Shown here: piece after piece, positions 1 through 8,860 of the stretch
Layout of the letters: each line of letters starts with the position of its first letter
Position numbering within the stretch: the stretch's first letter is position 1
DNA from: Marmoricola sp.
GTDB taxonomy: Bacteria; Actinomycetota; Actinomycetes; Propionibacteriales; Nocardioidaceae
Assembly: GCA_035708765.1 (NCBI GenBank)
Contig: DASTFI010000017.1
Span: 607 to 64,606, forward strand
Length of the DNA: 64,000 nt
Direction of reading: 5' to 3'
Program-made: the position numbers and the translations under genes
Notes under the pieces: model-generated
What the model saw: the letters and a program-made list of their open reading frames with translations, nothing else
The model's database searches: none
Told to the model about the DNA's origin: nothing

Positions 1-296
1 GAAGGACACTGCGCGGGATCTTCTTCGACGCCGACACCGCCGAGGTGGTGCGCACCCTGCTGGTCTCGGACGGGTACGCCGCCGAGCTCGTGCAGGAGCG
101 CTTCGCCGGCGAGGATGACGACGAGGACCATGCCTGGGCCGTCGTGACCGACGCGCCCGCGATGGCGCTCGAGCTGCTCGTGGACGCCTACGACGGCTGG
201 CTCGACGACGACCAGCTCGAGGAGGGGCCGGCTGCCCCGTCGGCTGCTCCGTCGGAGCTGCCGGCCACACCGCGGCGGCGGCACCGCCCCGACTGA
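1..296 (+). CDS. Small acidic hypothetical protein, start uncertain (frame is open back to the window edge)
   Basis: The 45..296 ORF frame continues upstream (RTLRGIFFDADTAEVVR...). GC3-rich codon usage. No recognised family. Confidence 0.65.
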   Translation, partial: RTLRGIFFDADTAEVVRTLLVSDGYAAELVQERFAGEDDDEDHAWAVVTDAPAMALELLVDAYDGWLDDDQLEEGPAAPSAAPSELPATPRRRHRPD

Positions 297-321
297 TCGC
301 CCCGACTGATCGCCCCGACTG
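285..321. repeat. 13-bp tandem repeat (CGCCCCGACTGAT x2.8) between convergent stop codons
   Basis: Read directly: cgccccgactgat cgccccgactgat cgccccgactg. Confidence 0.9.
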
Positions 322-322
322 C

Positions 323-1270
323 TCAGCCCTGATCCTCCCTCGGGGTCCGACGCCGGCGCACCAGCAGCAGGCCACCACTGAGCAGTGCCGCCGCGGCCAA
401 CAGTTCGGCGACGAGGCCGCCCGGGATGCCGGTCTGCGGCAGCACCTGCGCCGCCGAGCGCGGAGCGATCCGGTCACCCACGGGCGGGGCAGCCCGGTTC
501 ACGGGGGGCGGGCTCACGATGGCCCGGTTCACGATCGGCGGGCTCACGATGGCCCGGTTCACGATCGGCGGGACCGGAGTGAGCACGGGCGGCAGTACCT
601 GGGTGCAACCCGGTGTCGAGGGGTTCCCCACGCACGGCGGCGTCCCCGGGCTGCCGGGGTTCTCGCCACCGGGGGTCTCTCCACCGGGGGTCTCCTCGGC
701 ACGGCACCCGGTGTGGGCGGGGTTCGTCTGCCCGATGCCCTGGTTGCCATCACACTCATAGCCCGCGTTGTGGTCGCTGCCGTTCGGTCGCTGGCCACGC
801 GGGTTCTTGTTGTCGGCGCGGCCGACGCAGCCCGCGCAGGGCTTGCCGGTGGCCTTGCCCGCGCCCACGCCGTTCGCCGACGGCGAGCCGTCGCGGGTGG
901 AGCAGTAGGCACCGCCGGGGCACTGTCCGTTGGCACCCCCGGGGTTCTCGTCCGCCGAGCTCACCGGTTGCGGCTGCTGCACGTCACCAGTGGTGCCGCC
1001 GGTGCCGGCGACGGCGTGCGTCCCGGCCTTGTCCCGTTCCTTCTGCTGGGCCTTCTGCTGGCCCTGCGGCCGGGCCTTCTGCTGGGCCTGGGAATGGGCC
1101 TCGCCCTGGGTAGCGGCCTGAGTGCGGTCGTGGGTCACCTTGTCGTGATCCGAGCCGCCGGCGCGGTGGTCGACCGCGAGTGCAGGAGCGGCGAGCGTGA
1201 GGGACAGCACCAGTGCTGCCGTGCTCGCCAGCACCAGTCCGATGCTGTTGCGTCGTCCGGAGCCATTCAT
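323..1270 (-). CDS. Secreted, probably sortase-anchored (LPQTG) surface protein with a Cys/Gly/Asn-rich domain
   Basis: ATG at 1270 preceded by GGAGG. Signal peptide (RRNSIGLVLAS...APALA). C-terminal VLPQTG + hydrophobic helix + RRRR tail. Confidence 0.8.
   Translation of the reverse strand: MNGSGRRNSIGLVLASTAALVLSLTLAAPALAVDHRAGGSDHDKVTHDRTQAATQGEAHSQAQQKARPQGQQKAQQKERDKAGTHAVAGTGGTTGDVQQPQPVSSADENPGGANGQCPGGAYCSTRDGSPSANGVGAGKATGKPCAGCVGRADNKNPRGQRPNGSDHNAGYECDGNQGIGQTNPAHTGCRAEETPGGETPGGENPGSPGTPPCVGNPSTPGCTQVLPPVLTPVPPIVNRAIVSPPIVNRAIVSPPPVNRAAPPVGDRIAPRSAAQVLPQTGIPGGLVAELLAAAALLSGGLLLVRRRRTPREDQG
492..572 (-). repeat. 30-bp coding tandem repeat (PPIVNRAIVS, about 2.7 copies)
   Basis: ggcccggttcacgatcggcgggctcacgat repeated within the Pro-rich wall-spanning linker. 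Confidence 0.85.
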
Positions 1271-1574
1271 GGATGGAGGCCTCCAAGCCGACGGGAGCGC
1301 GCGCCCGATCGGGCCCGCTCTCACCCCCGTCACTAGTCATTACGGGCCAGATACCCAGCCGGACGGGTAGTCAGTTCAGGCGGGCTAGACCGTCCGAACG
1401 GAGGAGTTGGAGCAGCGCCGGGCGCCTGCTAAAGGCCGCGATGGACGCATTCGTGGGACATACCGGCACAGCGACGGACAATTGCCCCGCGAGCCGACCG
1501 GCCCCTGCTGCTCGACCGGGCCAACCCTGCGGATTCGGACAGACGTGCGGAGCGTCACAGCCGGGTCGGAGGCG

Positions 1575-1994
1575 TCAATCGTCGAGCGAGGTCACCTCGA
1601 TGTCGGGCCCCTCTCCACGGAGCAGCGCCACGAACGGCTGCTCCGGCGAGGTCGCCCGGCTCGAGAGCACGTCGACGGCCGTGTCGAAGGCACTCCGGTC
1701 CCCCCGGGCCAGCGTGCCCCAGCCGTCCCAGAGCAGGACCGTGCGACCGTCGAGGTCACGCAGGCAGTCGGTGAGCGCGTCGAAGTTCTCGCCGTACCAC
1801 GCGGGGAACGACAGCGCGGTGCCCACGTCGGCCAGGAAGCCGGCCCGGTCCTGGTGCACCCAGCCGTCGACGTGGCCGAACCGCCAACCGGCGTGCTCGA
1901 CGGTGTGCCGCACGTCGGCGACGTCGAAGGCGGCGTGCCACCGGTAGACGCCCGCGCCGTGGTGGCCGGCAAGGATCCCTGCGAGTCCGCTCAT
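1575..1994 (-). CDS. Barstar-family ribonuclease inhibitor
   Basis: LSFPAWYGENFDALTDCLRDL motif. Overlaps the stop of the upstream RNase (ATGA). Confidence 0.9.
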   Translation of the reverse strand: MSGLAGILAGHHGAGVYRWHAAFDVADVRHTVEHAGWRFGHVDGWVHQDRAGFLADVGTALSFPAWYGENFDALTDCLRDLDGRTVLLWDGWGTLARGDRSAFDTAVDVLSSRATSPEQPFVALLRGEGPDIEVTSLDD

Positions 1995-2407
1995 CGATTG
2001 ACCTCGATCCTCCGGAAGCTCCGGTAGTGGTCGTCCGTGTAGTACATCGTGTCCCCTCCGACGACGATCCGGCGAGCCCCGCGGTCGTCCGACCCGGGTG
2101 TGCGCACGGTGTACTCGCGGTAGAAGCCGCGTGCCTCGCCGGGGAGCAGGCCCTCGCGGTTCTCGAAGGTGCTGCCGTCCTGGTCGTACGGGAACGGACC
2201 GCCGGCCTCGATCAGCTCGACCGTGCGCCCGACGTCGGCGGGCAGGGCCGCCAACGAGACTGCGGGCAGTCCTGGTGCTCCGGGGTCCGGCCCTGCGGTG
2301 CCGCCGTGCAGCCCCCAGCCGACCAGGACAGCGACCAGGACGGCGACCAGGAGGGCGACCAGCCCCACCGGTCGGGTCCAGCGGAGCGGACGGCTCCGGC
2401 GGCCCAT
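1991..2407 (-). CDS. Guanyl-specific secreted ribonuclease (RNase Sa/barnase family)
   Basis: GGPFPYDQDGSTFENREGLLP, YREYTV, RGARRIVVG and YYTDDHY motifs. N-terminal TM/signal segment. Start moved to ATG 2407. Confidence 0.92.
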   Translation of the reverse strand: MGRRSRPLRWTRPVGLVALLVAVLVAVLVGWGLHGGTAGPDPGAPGLPAVSLAALPADVGRTVELIEAGGPFPYDQDGSTFENREGLLPGEARGFYREYTVRTPGSDDRGARRIVVGGDTMYYTDDHYRSFRRIEVNR

Positions 2408-2408
2408 G

Positions 2409-2816
2409 TCAGAACGCCATCGCCTGCGCCCGGCGCTTGACCTCCGACCCGCGGTTCTCGCGGAGCGCGTCGATCGGCCGCCCCGGGAGGGTGTCGTCGG
2501 AGGTGAACAGCCAGCGCAGGATCTGCCGGTCGTCGTACCCACCGTCGTGCAGCAGCGTGAGCAGGCCCGGCACGCCCTTGACGATCGCACCGTCCAGCAC
2601 CAGCTCCGCAGGGACCTGTTGCCCGGCACCCGGCACGGGTACGGCGGCCGCCAGCTGGTGCTCCTTGATGTACTGCCGCACCTTGCTGACGGTGACGTCG
2701 AGTGCGTCGGCGGCAGCCTTCCAGTCGAGCCACTCGGCGATCAGTACGGCGAGGTCGTCGGTGCCTGCCGTCGAAGGGTCCTGACCTGCGACTTCGGATG
2801 GCGTGTGTTCGGTCAC
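2409..2816 (-). CDS. Rv2175c-family DNA-binding protein
   Basis: N-terminal wHTH, GLLTLLHDGGY and PIDALRENRGSEVKRRAQAMAF C-terminus. Divergent from the PknL-type kinase as in mycobacteria. Confidence 0.88.
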   Translation of the reverse strand: MTEHTPSEVAGQDPSTAGTDDLAVLIAEWLDWKAAADALDVTVSKVRQYIKEHQLAAAVPVPGAGQQVPAELVLDGAIVKGVPGLLTLLHDGGYDDRQILRWLFTSDDTLPGRPIDALRENRGSEVKRRAQAMAF

Positions 2817-2922
2817 GACCCCATGCTGCCAGCCCGCTCGGGATCCCGGGATCCCGGTGCCCTTGCACCTAGACTCGTGCACCGACCGGACTCTTCCCCA
2901 CCGGTCGACGTTGGAGGGTGTT

Positions 2923-4920
2923 GTGGAACGCACGAGCACGGGTCGTCGCGACGACCCGATGATCGGCCGTGTCCTCGACGGCCGCTACCGCGTCGGCCCC
3001 CGCGTCGCGCGTGGGGGGATGGCGACCGTCTACGAGGCCCTCGACCTCCGGCTCGACCGCACCGTGGCCGTCAAGATCATGCACGCCGGGCTCGCCGACG
3101 ACGAGGAGTTCGTCAGCCGCTTCGAGCGGGAGGCGCGCTCGGCCGCCCGGCTGGCGCACCACAACGTCGTCGCCGTCTTCGACCAGGGCGAGGACCACGG
3201 CACGTTGTTCCTGGTGATGGAGTACGTCCCGGGCCACACCTTGCGCGACCTGATCCGCAAGGAGGCGCCGATGCCACCCGGCAAGGCGCTCACCCTCATC
3301 GAGCCGATCCTCTCCGCGCTCGCCGCAGCGCACGGGGCCGGCATGATCCACCGCGACGTGAAGCCGGAGAACGTCCTGCTGGCCGACGACGGGCGCATCA
3401 AGGTCGCCGACTTCGGGCTCGCCCGCGCGGTGAACGCCGAGACCCAGCACACCGCGACCGGCGGCGTGCTCATCGGCACCGTCTCCTACCTCGCCCCCGA
3501 GCTGGTCGTCAGCGGGAAGGCCGACGCTCGCGCCGACGTCTACGCCATCGGCGTGCTCCTCTACGAGATGCTCACCGGCGCCAAGCCGCACCAGGCGGAC
3601 ACCCCCATCCAGGTCGCCTACAGGCACGTCCACGAGGACGTCCCCGCACCCTCCGCCACGGTCCGTGGCATCCCGCCGTACGTCGACGCGCTGGTCGCCC
3701 GGGCGACCGCCCGCGACCTCGACATGCGCCCGGCCGACGCCAAGGTGCTGCTGCACCAGGTCCGCCGGGTCCGGGTGGCGCTCGACCACGGCGTGCGGGA
3801 CGACCCCGAGCTCACCGCCGACCTGAGCCCGACCGGCGAGCTGCCCGCCTTCGACGACGGCTACGGCGAGGTCCGCGACCTGGTCAGTGACCACACCACC
3901 GCCGTCCCTGCCGTCGGTGGCCCGGCCACTGCCGTCGAGGAGGCACCGGTGCGCGCCACCCCGGCGCGCCGGCCGCGCACCGCTCGTGCCGGTCCACCAC
4001 CGCGTACCGCCCGTCCGCGCGTTCCCGGTGTCGACCGGTCCCGCCGCGGCCCGCTGCTGCTGGCGGTCCTGCTCGTCGCCGCGCTGCTGCTCGGGCTCGG
4101 CGCCTACTGGTTCGGCGTGGCGCGCTACACCCACGCTCCGGGGGTCCTGAACCTCTCCGGCGCTGCGGCGGAGAAGAAGATCGAGGCGGCCGGGCTGCAC
4201 TTCGACGTCACCGGGCACCACTACTCCGAGACGTACGCGCGTGGCACGGTCATGGAGACCGACCCCGAGGCCGGCGCCCGGGTGCTCAAGGACGGCACCG
4301 TCTCGGTCGTCATCTCCCGAGGGCCGGAGCGGCACAAGGTGCCGGACGCGGTCGGCAAGACGCTCGACCAGGCCCAGGACCTGCTCAACGGTGCCCACCT
4401 GGCCTTCGGGCAGGCGGTCCGGCGCTACAACGACCGGGTGCCGAGCGGACAGGTGATCGCGATGTCACCGAAGGCGGGCACCCCCCTGAAGCGCGACACG
4501 GCGGTCAACGTGGTGGTCAGCCGCGGGCCGAAGCCGATCGACGTCCCCGACTTCACCGGGAAGGCGGCCAAGAAGGCGCAGCAGGGCCTGACGGAGCTCG
4601 GCTTCGAGGTGACCACCGAGGCCAAGCACAGCGACGACGTCGCCAAGGGCAAGGTGATCAGCCAGGACCCCGACTCGGGCACCCTCTTCAAGGGTGACGA
4701 GGTGCACCTGGTCGTCTCGCAGGGGCCCGAGGACGTCGAGGTGCCGCACGTCGTCGGGACCAGGGTGGAGGACGCCAAGAAGGCGCTGGAGAAGGCCGGG
4801 TTCAAGGTCGAGGTCCACCGCAGCAAGATCTACGTCGGGGCCGGCTACGTGGTCGGTACGGACCCCGAGGAGTACTCCGAGGCGCCCAAGGGATCGACGG
4901 TCACCCTCACCATCGTCTGA
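2923..4920 (+). CDS. pknL: Stk1/PknB-type Ser/Thr protein kinase with PASTA repeats (PknL-like)
   Basis: GGMATVY, HRDVKPEN, DFGLA and APE kinase motifs, then a TM helix and about 4 PASTA repeats. Adjacent to an Rv2175c homolog. Confidence 0.9.
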   Translation: MERTSTGRRDDPMIGRVLDGRYRVGPRVARGGMATVYEALDLRLDRTVAVKIMHAGLADDEEFVSRFEREARSAARLAHHNVVAVFDQGEDHGTLFLVMEYVPGHTLRDLIRKEAPMPPGKALTLIEPILSALAAAHGAGMIHRDVKPENVLLADDGRIKVADFGLARAVNAETQHTATGGVLIGTVSYLAPELVVSGKADARADVYAIGVLLYEMLTGAKPHQADTPIQVAYRHVHEDVPAPSATVRGIPPYVDALVARATARDLDMRPADAKVLLHQVRRVRVALDHGVRDDPELTADLSPTGELPAFDDGYGEVRDLVSDHTTAVPAVGGPATAVEEAPVRATPARRPRTARAGPPPRTARPRVPGVDRSRRGPLLLAVLLVAALLLGLGAYWFGVARYTHAPGVLNLSGAAAEKKIEAAGLHFDVTGHHYSETYARGTVMETDPEAGARVLKDGTVSVVISRGPERHKVPDAVGKTLDQAQDLLNGAHLAFGQAVRRYNDRVPSGQVIAMSPKAGTPLKRDTAVNVVVSRGPKPIDVPDFTGKAAKKAQQGLTELGFEVTTEAKHSDDVAKGKVISQDPDSGTLFKGDEVHLVVSQGPEDVEVPHVVGTRVEDAKKALEKAGFKVEVHRSKIYVGAGYVVGTDPEEYSEAPKGSTVTLTIV

Positions 4921-4971
4921 CGACGAGGGGTTGACGCGGGGTGCTCCCCATTGGTGCCATGGGTACCACCA

Positions 4972-4996
4972 GTCACATTGGTCGCAGGGAATCACC
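4972..4996 (+). promoter_or_regulatory. Possible MtrA-type direct-repeat site upstream of the LysM-SLT gene
   Basis: GTCACATTG-GTCGCAGGG-AATCAC imperfect direct repeats resemble the GTCACA MtrA box. The downstream gene is a peptidoglycan enzyme. Confidence 0.35.
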
Positions 4997-5070
4997 GCGT
5001 CGGTGGGCCACTCGGGGTCCACGTCGGGGGACGGCACCGAGGTGTCCCGGCGCTGACGAAGGCCTTGCCG

Positions 5071-5976
5071 ATGACCAGACTCCGCACCCGCCCCTCCCGT
5101 CGCCTGTTCCGCCGGCTGCTGAGCGCCGGCGCAGTGGCCGCACCACTCGCAGTGGTCGTCGGCGTCGGGCTGCTCGCCCCGCCACCGGCTGCTGCCGAGC
5201 GCTGGCCGGGCCACCCCGGTCGCACGATCGTGCGGCACGTGGTGAAGCCCGGTGACACCGCCACCGGCCTGGCCGTCCGCTACCACGCCTGGACCGCCGA
5301 GCTGCTGCGCCTCAACGGACTGTCCGCCACCTCCTACCTCTTCGTCGGCGACACGCTGCGCATCCCCGTCGTCGACGCCGCGGTGCGCCAGCACCGGCGT
5401 ACCCACCACCAGCCGAAGCGGCACCACGCGAAGCGGCACCACGCCAGGCAGCACCACGCCAGGCAGCACCACGCCAGGCAGCACCACGCCAGGCAGCACC
5501 ACGCCAGGCAGCACCAGGCGAAGCGACACCACACCAGCCGTGCCAGCCGGCTGCGGGCCGCAGGCTGGAGGCACTGGGAGTACCGCCGGCCCCGGGTGAA
5601 GCGACTCATCGCCGCCGAGGCGCGCCGGCAGGGGGTCCCGCCGCGGCTCGCGCAGGCGGTCGCCTGGATCGAGTCCGGCTGGCACCAGCCGGTCGTCTCC
5701 AGCGCCGGCGCGATCGGCGTGATGCAGGTGCTGCCCACGACCGGCGCCTGGATGTCGCTGTACGCCGGCCGGCCGCTCAACCTGCGCAACACCCACGACA
5801 ACGTCAAGGCCGGCGTGCTGCTGCTGAGGGTCCTCGCCGACAACACCAGCACCGTACGACGGCAGATCGGGGCCTACTACCAGGGCCTCGGTGCGGTCCA
5901 GCGGCACGGGCTCTACCGCGAGACCCGGCACTACGTCGCCAACGTCCAGGCCGTGCAGCGCCGGCTGCGCGGCTGA
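5071..5976 (+). CDS. Secreted LysM + lytic transglycosylase (SLT) protein with a His-rich linker
   Basis: Signal peptide, LysM (HVVKPGDTATGLA...LNGL...VGDTLRIP) and SLT motifs (WIESG, GAIGVMQV, GAYYQG). Confidence 0.9.
   Translation: MTRLRTRPSRRLFRRLLSAGAVAAPLAVVVGVGLLAPPPAAAERWPGHPGRTIVRHVVKPGDTATGLAVRYHAWTAELLRLNGLSATSYLFVGDTLRIPVVDAAVRQHRRTHHQPKRHHAKRHHARQHHARQHHARQHHARQHHARQHQAKRHHTSRASRLRAAGWRHWEYRRPRVKRLIAAEARRQGVPPRLAQAVAWIESGWHQPVVSSAGAIGVMQVLPTTGAWMSLYAGRPLNLRNTHDNVKAGVLLLRVLADNTSTVRRQIGAYYQGLGAVQRHGLYRETRHYVANVQAVQRRLRG
5437..5511 (+). repeat. 15-bp coding tandem repeat (HHARQ x5)
   Basis: caccacgccaggcag x5, flanked by degenerate HHAKR/HQAKR copies. Confidence 0.95.
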
Positions 5977-6067
5977 TCCGGGCTGGTCCCCGGCCCCTTC
6001 ATCCCCCCATCCATCCCCCATCCATCCCCCGGGCCGGGACGCCCGTCGGCGTGACTAGCCTTTGCGG

Positions 6068-6982
6068 GTGACCGGCACCTCCCCCACCAGCGGGACCTCC
6101 GCACGCACGAGCCTGCTGGCAACCGCTGCGCTGCTCGCGATGACCGCGTGCTGGGGGTCGACGTTCTTCCTGATCCATGACCTGCTCGACCGGGTGCCGG
6201 TGGTGGACTTCCTGGCGGTGCGGTTCACCATCGCCAGCCTCGCGATGGTCCTGCTGGCACCCAGGGCGATCGGCCGGCTGTCGCCGGAGAGGCGGCGGCA
6301 CGCGGTCGTGCTGGGCGTGCTCTACGGCCTGGCGCAACTGCTCCAGACGGCGGGGCTGGCGCACACCCCGGCGAGCGTCTCGGGCTTCATCACCGGGATG
6401 TACGTCGTGTGCACACCGCTCTTCGCGGCCGTCATCCTGCGCACCCGGATCGGCGCCCTGACCTGGGCCGCCGTCCTGCTGGCGCTGGCCGGCCTGGGAG
6501 TGCTCACCCTGGAGGGCTTCAGCATCGGGTACGGCGAGGCGGTGACGCTCGTCGCGGCGATGCTCTACGCCCTGCACATCGTCGGCCTGGGGGCGTGGTC
6601 GCGGCCGGCCGACGCCATCGGCATGGCGATGGTGCAGTGCATCGTGATCGCCGTCATGTGCTCGGTCGCCGCGGCCCCCGGCGGCGTGGTCCTGCCGCAC
6701 CGGGCCGGCGACTGGCTCTCGATCGTCTACATGGCCCTCTTCGCCGGGGCGGCGGCCCTGCTCGGCCAGACCTGGGCGCAGGGGCACCTGCCGCCGACCC
6801 GGGCCGCGATCATCATGAGCATGGAGCCGGTCTTCGCGGCCTTCTTCGCGGTGCTGCTCGGCGAGGACGCGTTCACCACCCGGATGGCGCTGGGCGGCGC
6901 GATGGTGCTCACCGCCATGCTCGTGATCGAGCTGCTGCCGCGCCGCAAGGTCGAGGCGGAGGTCACCCACATCGCCGTCTGA
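6068..6982 (+). CDS. DMT/EamA family transporter
   Basis: About 10 TM helices in two EamA repeats (WGSTF...; MSMEPVFAA). TAGCCT -10 box 6 nt before GTG 6068. Confidence 0.9.
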   Translation: MTGTSPTSGTSARTSLLATAALLAMTACWGSTFFLIHDLLDRVPVVDFLAVRFTIASLAMVLLAPRAIGRLSPERRRHAVVLGVLYGLAQLLQTAGLAHTPASVSGFITGMYVVCTPLFAAVILRTRIGALTWAAVLLALAGLGVLTLEGFSIGYGEAVTLVAAMLYALHIVGLGAWSRPADAIGMAMVQCIVIAVMCSVAAAPGGVVLPHRAGDWLSIVYMALFAGAAALLGQTWAQGHLPPTRAAIIMSMEPVFAAFFAVLLGEDAFTTRMALGGAMVLTAMLVIELLPRRKVEAEVTHIAV

Positions 6983-6989
6983 GCCCCAC

Positions 6990-8066
6990 TCACGACGGCA
7001 GCAGCAGGGCCGAGTCGCCGAACTCGTGCCACAGGTAGCCCTCCCTCACCGCCTCGTCGTACGCCCGCTGGGTCAGCTCCGGTCCCGCGACCGCCTCGAC
7101 GAGCAGCAGGTGCGAGGCCTGCGGGTCGTGCCAGCCGGTGACCAGGCCCCGGACGACCCGGGGCGGCTCGGCGGGAGTGATGACGCGTTCGGTCCACCCC
7201 GAGCGGGCCACCACCCGGCCGGAGCCGTCGACCGCCGACTCCACCGCTCGGGCGGAGGTGGTGCCGACGGCGACGACGCGCCCGCCGGCCGCCAGCGCGG
7301 CGTTGATCCGTCGTGCGCTGGACCGGCTGACCTCGAAGCGCTCCGGCTGCGGAGCCTCACCGGCCTCCTGTGAGGAGAGGCCGGTGTGCAGGGTGATCGG
7401 CGCCACGGCGACGCCACGGGCGACGAGGTCGGTGACCAGCCGCTCGGTGAACGGCCTCGCCGCCGAGGGCATCTCCGCGCTGCCCGGCCGGTGCGAGAAC
7501 AGCGTCTGGTAGTCGCTGAGCGGGTAGTGGCGATCCAGGTAGCCGTAGGCGATCGGGCGCCCGTGCGCAGCCAGGTGGGCCGCGACGTCGCAGCAGGCGG
7601 CGGCACGCCACAACCGGTTGCCGGTCCCGGTGGGCGACGAGCTCAGCCGCGGGTAGCCGTCGAGCAGGGTGAACGACAGCGTCCCACTGCTGACCCGGTC
7701 ACCGACGGCGGCATCCAGCACGGCCCGGGACGCGTCGGGCGCCGAGCGCAGCTCCACCACCCAGATCCGGCCGCCCAACGGCGTCGCCACGTGCAGCACC
7801 ACCGGCTCCTTCGCACGGGCACCGGACCTGGCCAGCTCGGCGTCGAGCTCGCCGGCCACCGTGGCCGAGTCGTTGACGACCAGCAGGTCGCCGGCGTCCA
7901 ACTGGCCGGCCAGGTCGCGGAAGGTGGTGTGGGTGACCCGGCCCGGACGGGCGACCAGCAGCCGCACCCCGTCACGTTCGACGCCGCGGTGCTCGGCGGG
8001 CGCGGGGGCCGTGCCGTCGTCGGGACGCTCGAACCGGGTGGCCGGGCTCTGCCGGAGCAGCGTCAT
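6990..8066 (-). CDS. QueA-like S-adenosylmethionine:tRNA ribosyltransferase-isomerase family protein
   Basis: GDLLVVNDS, YQTLF, GSAEMPSAARPFT, ITLHTG, VVAVGTT and YLWHEFGDS motifs. Start ATG 8066 overlaps the SDR stop (TGATG). Confidence 0.85.
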   Translation of the reverse strand: MTLLRQSPATRFERPDDGTAPAPAEHRGVERDGVRLLVARPGRVTHTTFRDLAGQLDAGDLLVVNDSATVAGELDAELARSGARAKEPVVLHVATPLGGRIWVVELRSAPDASRAVLDAAVGDRVSSGTLSFTLLDGYPRLSSSPTGTGNRLWRAAACCDVAAHLAAHGRPIAYGYLDRHYPLSDYQTLFSHRPGSAEMPSAARPFTERLVTDLVARGVAVAPITLHTGLSSQEAGEAPQPERFEVSRSSARRINAALAAGGRVVAVGTTSARAVESAVDGSGRVVARSGWTERVITPAEPPRVVRGLVTGWHDPQASHLLLVEAVAGPELTQRAYDEAVREGYLWHEFGDSALLLPS

Positions 8067-8776
8067 CAGGCAGCCCCCGGCTCGGTCCGCCGGCGGAAGT
8101 CGGCGGCCCGGTAGCGGCCGGACATCGGCCGCCGGGCGACCAGCGCCAGCAAGCCCGGCACCACGGCGGCCGGCAGTGGCCGGTCGCTGATGTCCTCGCC
8201 CGGGAACGCCTCCTGGTGCATGCGGGTGCGCAGGTCGCCCGGGTCCACGGCGTAGGCCGAGATCTCCGGGTTCTCGGCCGCGAAGGTCAGGGTGAGGTGC
8301 TCGAGGGCCGCCTTCGAGGCTCCGTACAGCCCCCAGTCGGGGTAGTGGTCGACGCCGGCGTCGCTGGTGACCGAGAGGAGGACTCCCCGGCTGCGGACCA
8401 GCTGCGAGAGCAGTGCCGCGGTGAGCGCGAGCGGCGCACCGACGTTGCTGCGCCACACGTGCTGCAGGTCCTCCGGCGTGGCCTCGGCCAGCGGCCGCAG
8501 CGTGCGGCCGCCCCGCCGCACCCCCAGCGTGCTCGCGTTGTGGACGAGCAGGTCCAGCCGCCCCGCCGTCGCGACCGCGCGGGCGAGGTCGCGACGGTGG
8601 TCGGCGTCGGTGACGTCGCCGGCGACGGGCACCACCCTCGGCGCGGAGCCGGCGACCTCCCGGAGGCGCTCGGCGTCGCGACCGTCGGCGATGACGGTCC
8701 AGCCCCCTTCGGCAAGCGCCAGGACGAGGGCGCGGCCGAGGCCGGCGGACCCTCCGGTGACAAGTGCTACGGACAT
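8066..8776 (-). CDS. Short-chain dehydrogenase/reductase
   Basis: TGGSAGLG nucleotide-binding motif, HNAS, YGASK catalytic motif and VDPG. Confidence 0.92.
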   Translation of the reverse strand: MSVALVTGGSAGLGRALVLALAEGGWTVIADGRDAERLREVAGSAPRVVPVAGDVTDADHRRDLARAVATAGRLDLLVHNASTLGVRRGGRTLRPLAEATPEDLQHVWRSNVGAPLALTAALLSQLVRSRGVLLSVTSDAGVDHYPDWGLYGASKAALEHLTLTFAAENPEISAYAVDPGDLRTRMHQEAFPGEDISDRPLPAAVVPGLLALVARRPMSGRYRAADFRRRTEPGAA

Positions 8777-8816
8777 GGCTCTCCTGAGTCCCTGGATGCG
8801 ATCTGGTGATTTCACC

Positions 8817-8847
8817 AGTGTTCAAGTTAAAGTGAACTTGAAGTCAA
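8817..8847 (-). promoter_or_regulatory. SoxR box in a 19-bp-spacer (MerR-type) promoter for the SDR-queA-like operon
   Basis: Minus strand TTGACT (8847-8842), 19 bp, AACACT (8822-8817). Dyad GTTAAAGTG/AACTTGAAG (8826-8843) resembles the SoxR box CCTCAAGTTAACTTGAGG. Confidence 0.8.
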
Positions 8848-8860
8848 GAGGAGATTTCGC

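Noticed and set aside
1271-1574. Riboswitch or sRNA in the 300-bp region upstream of the LPXTG gene
   Set aside because: No convincing conserved motif or long stem could be identified by eye. A covariance-model search would be needed.
4921-5070. c-di-AMP (ydaO) riboswitch upstream of the LysM-SLT gene
   Set aside because: Expected from gene type, but I could not find the conserved GAATC...GGAAC...CCGTCAGCTAAC-like segments.
5437-5511. Tandem repeats as a possible CRISPR array
   Set aside because: Units are contiguous with no unique spacers, lie in frame inside a CDS, and no cas genes are present.
6990-8825. 611-aa ORF suggesting an N-terminally extended QueA or an SDR-QueA frameshift fusion
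   Set aside because: The extension is an Arg-rich off-frame reading of the SDR gene. A clean TGATG stop/start overlap at 8064-8068 explains two coupled genes.
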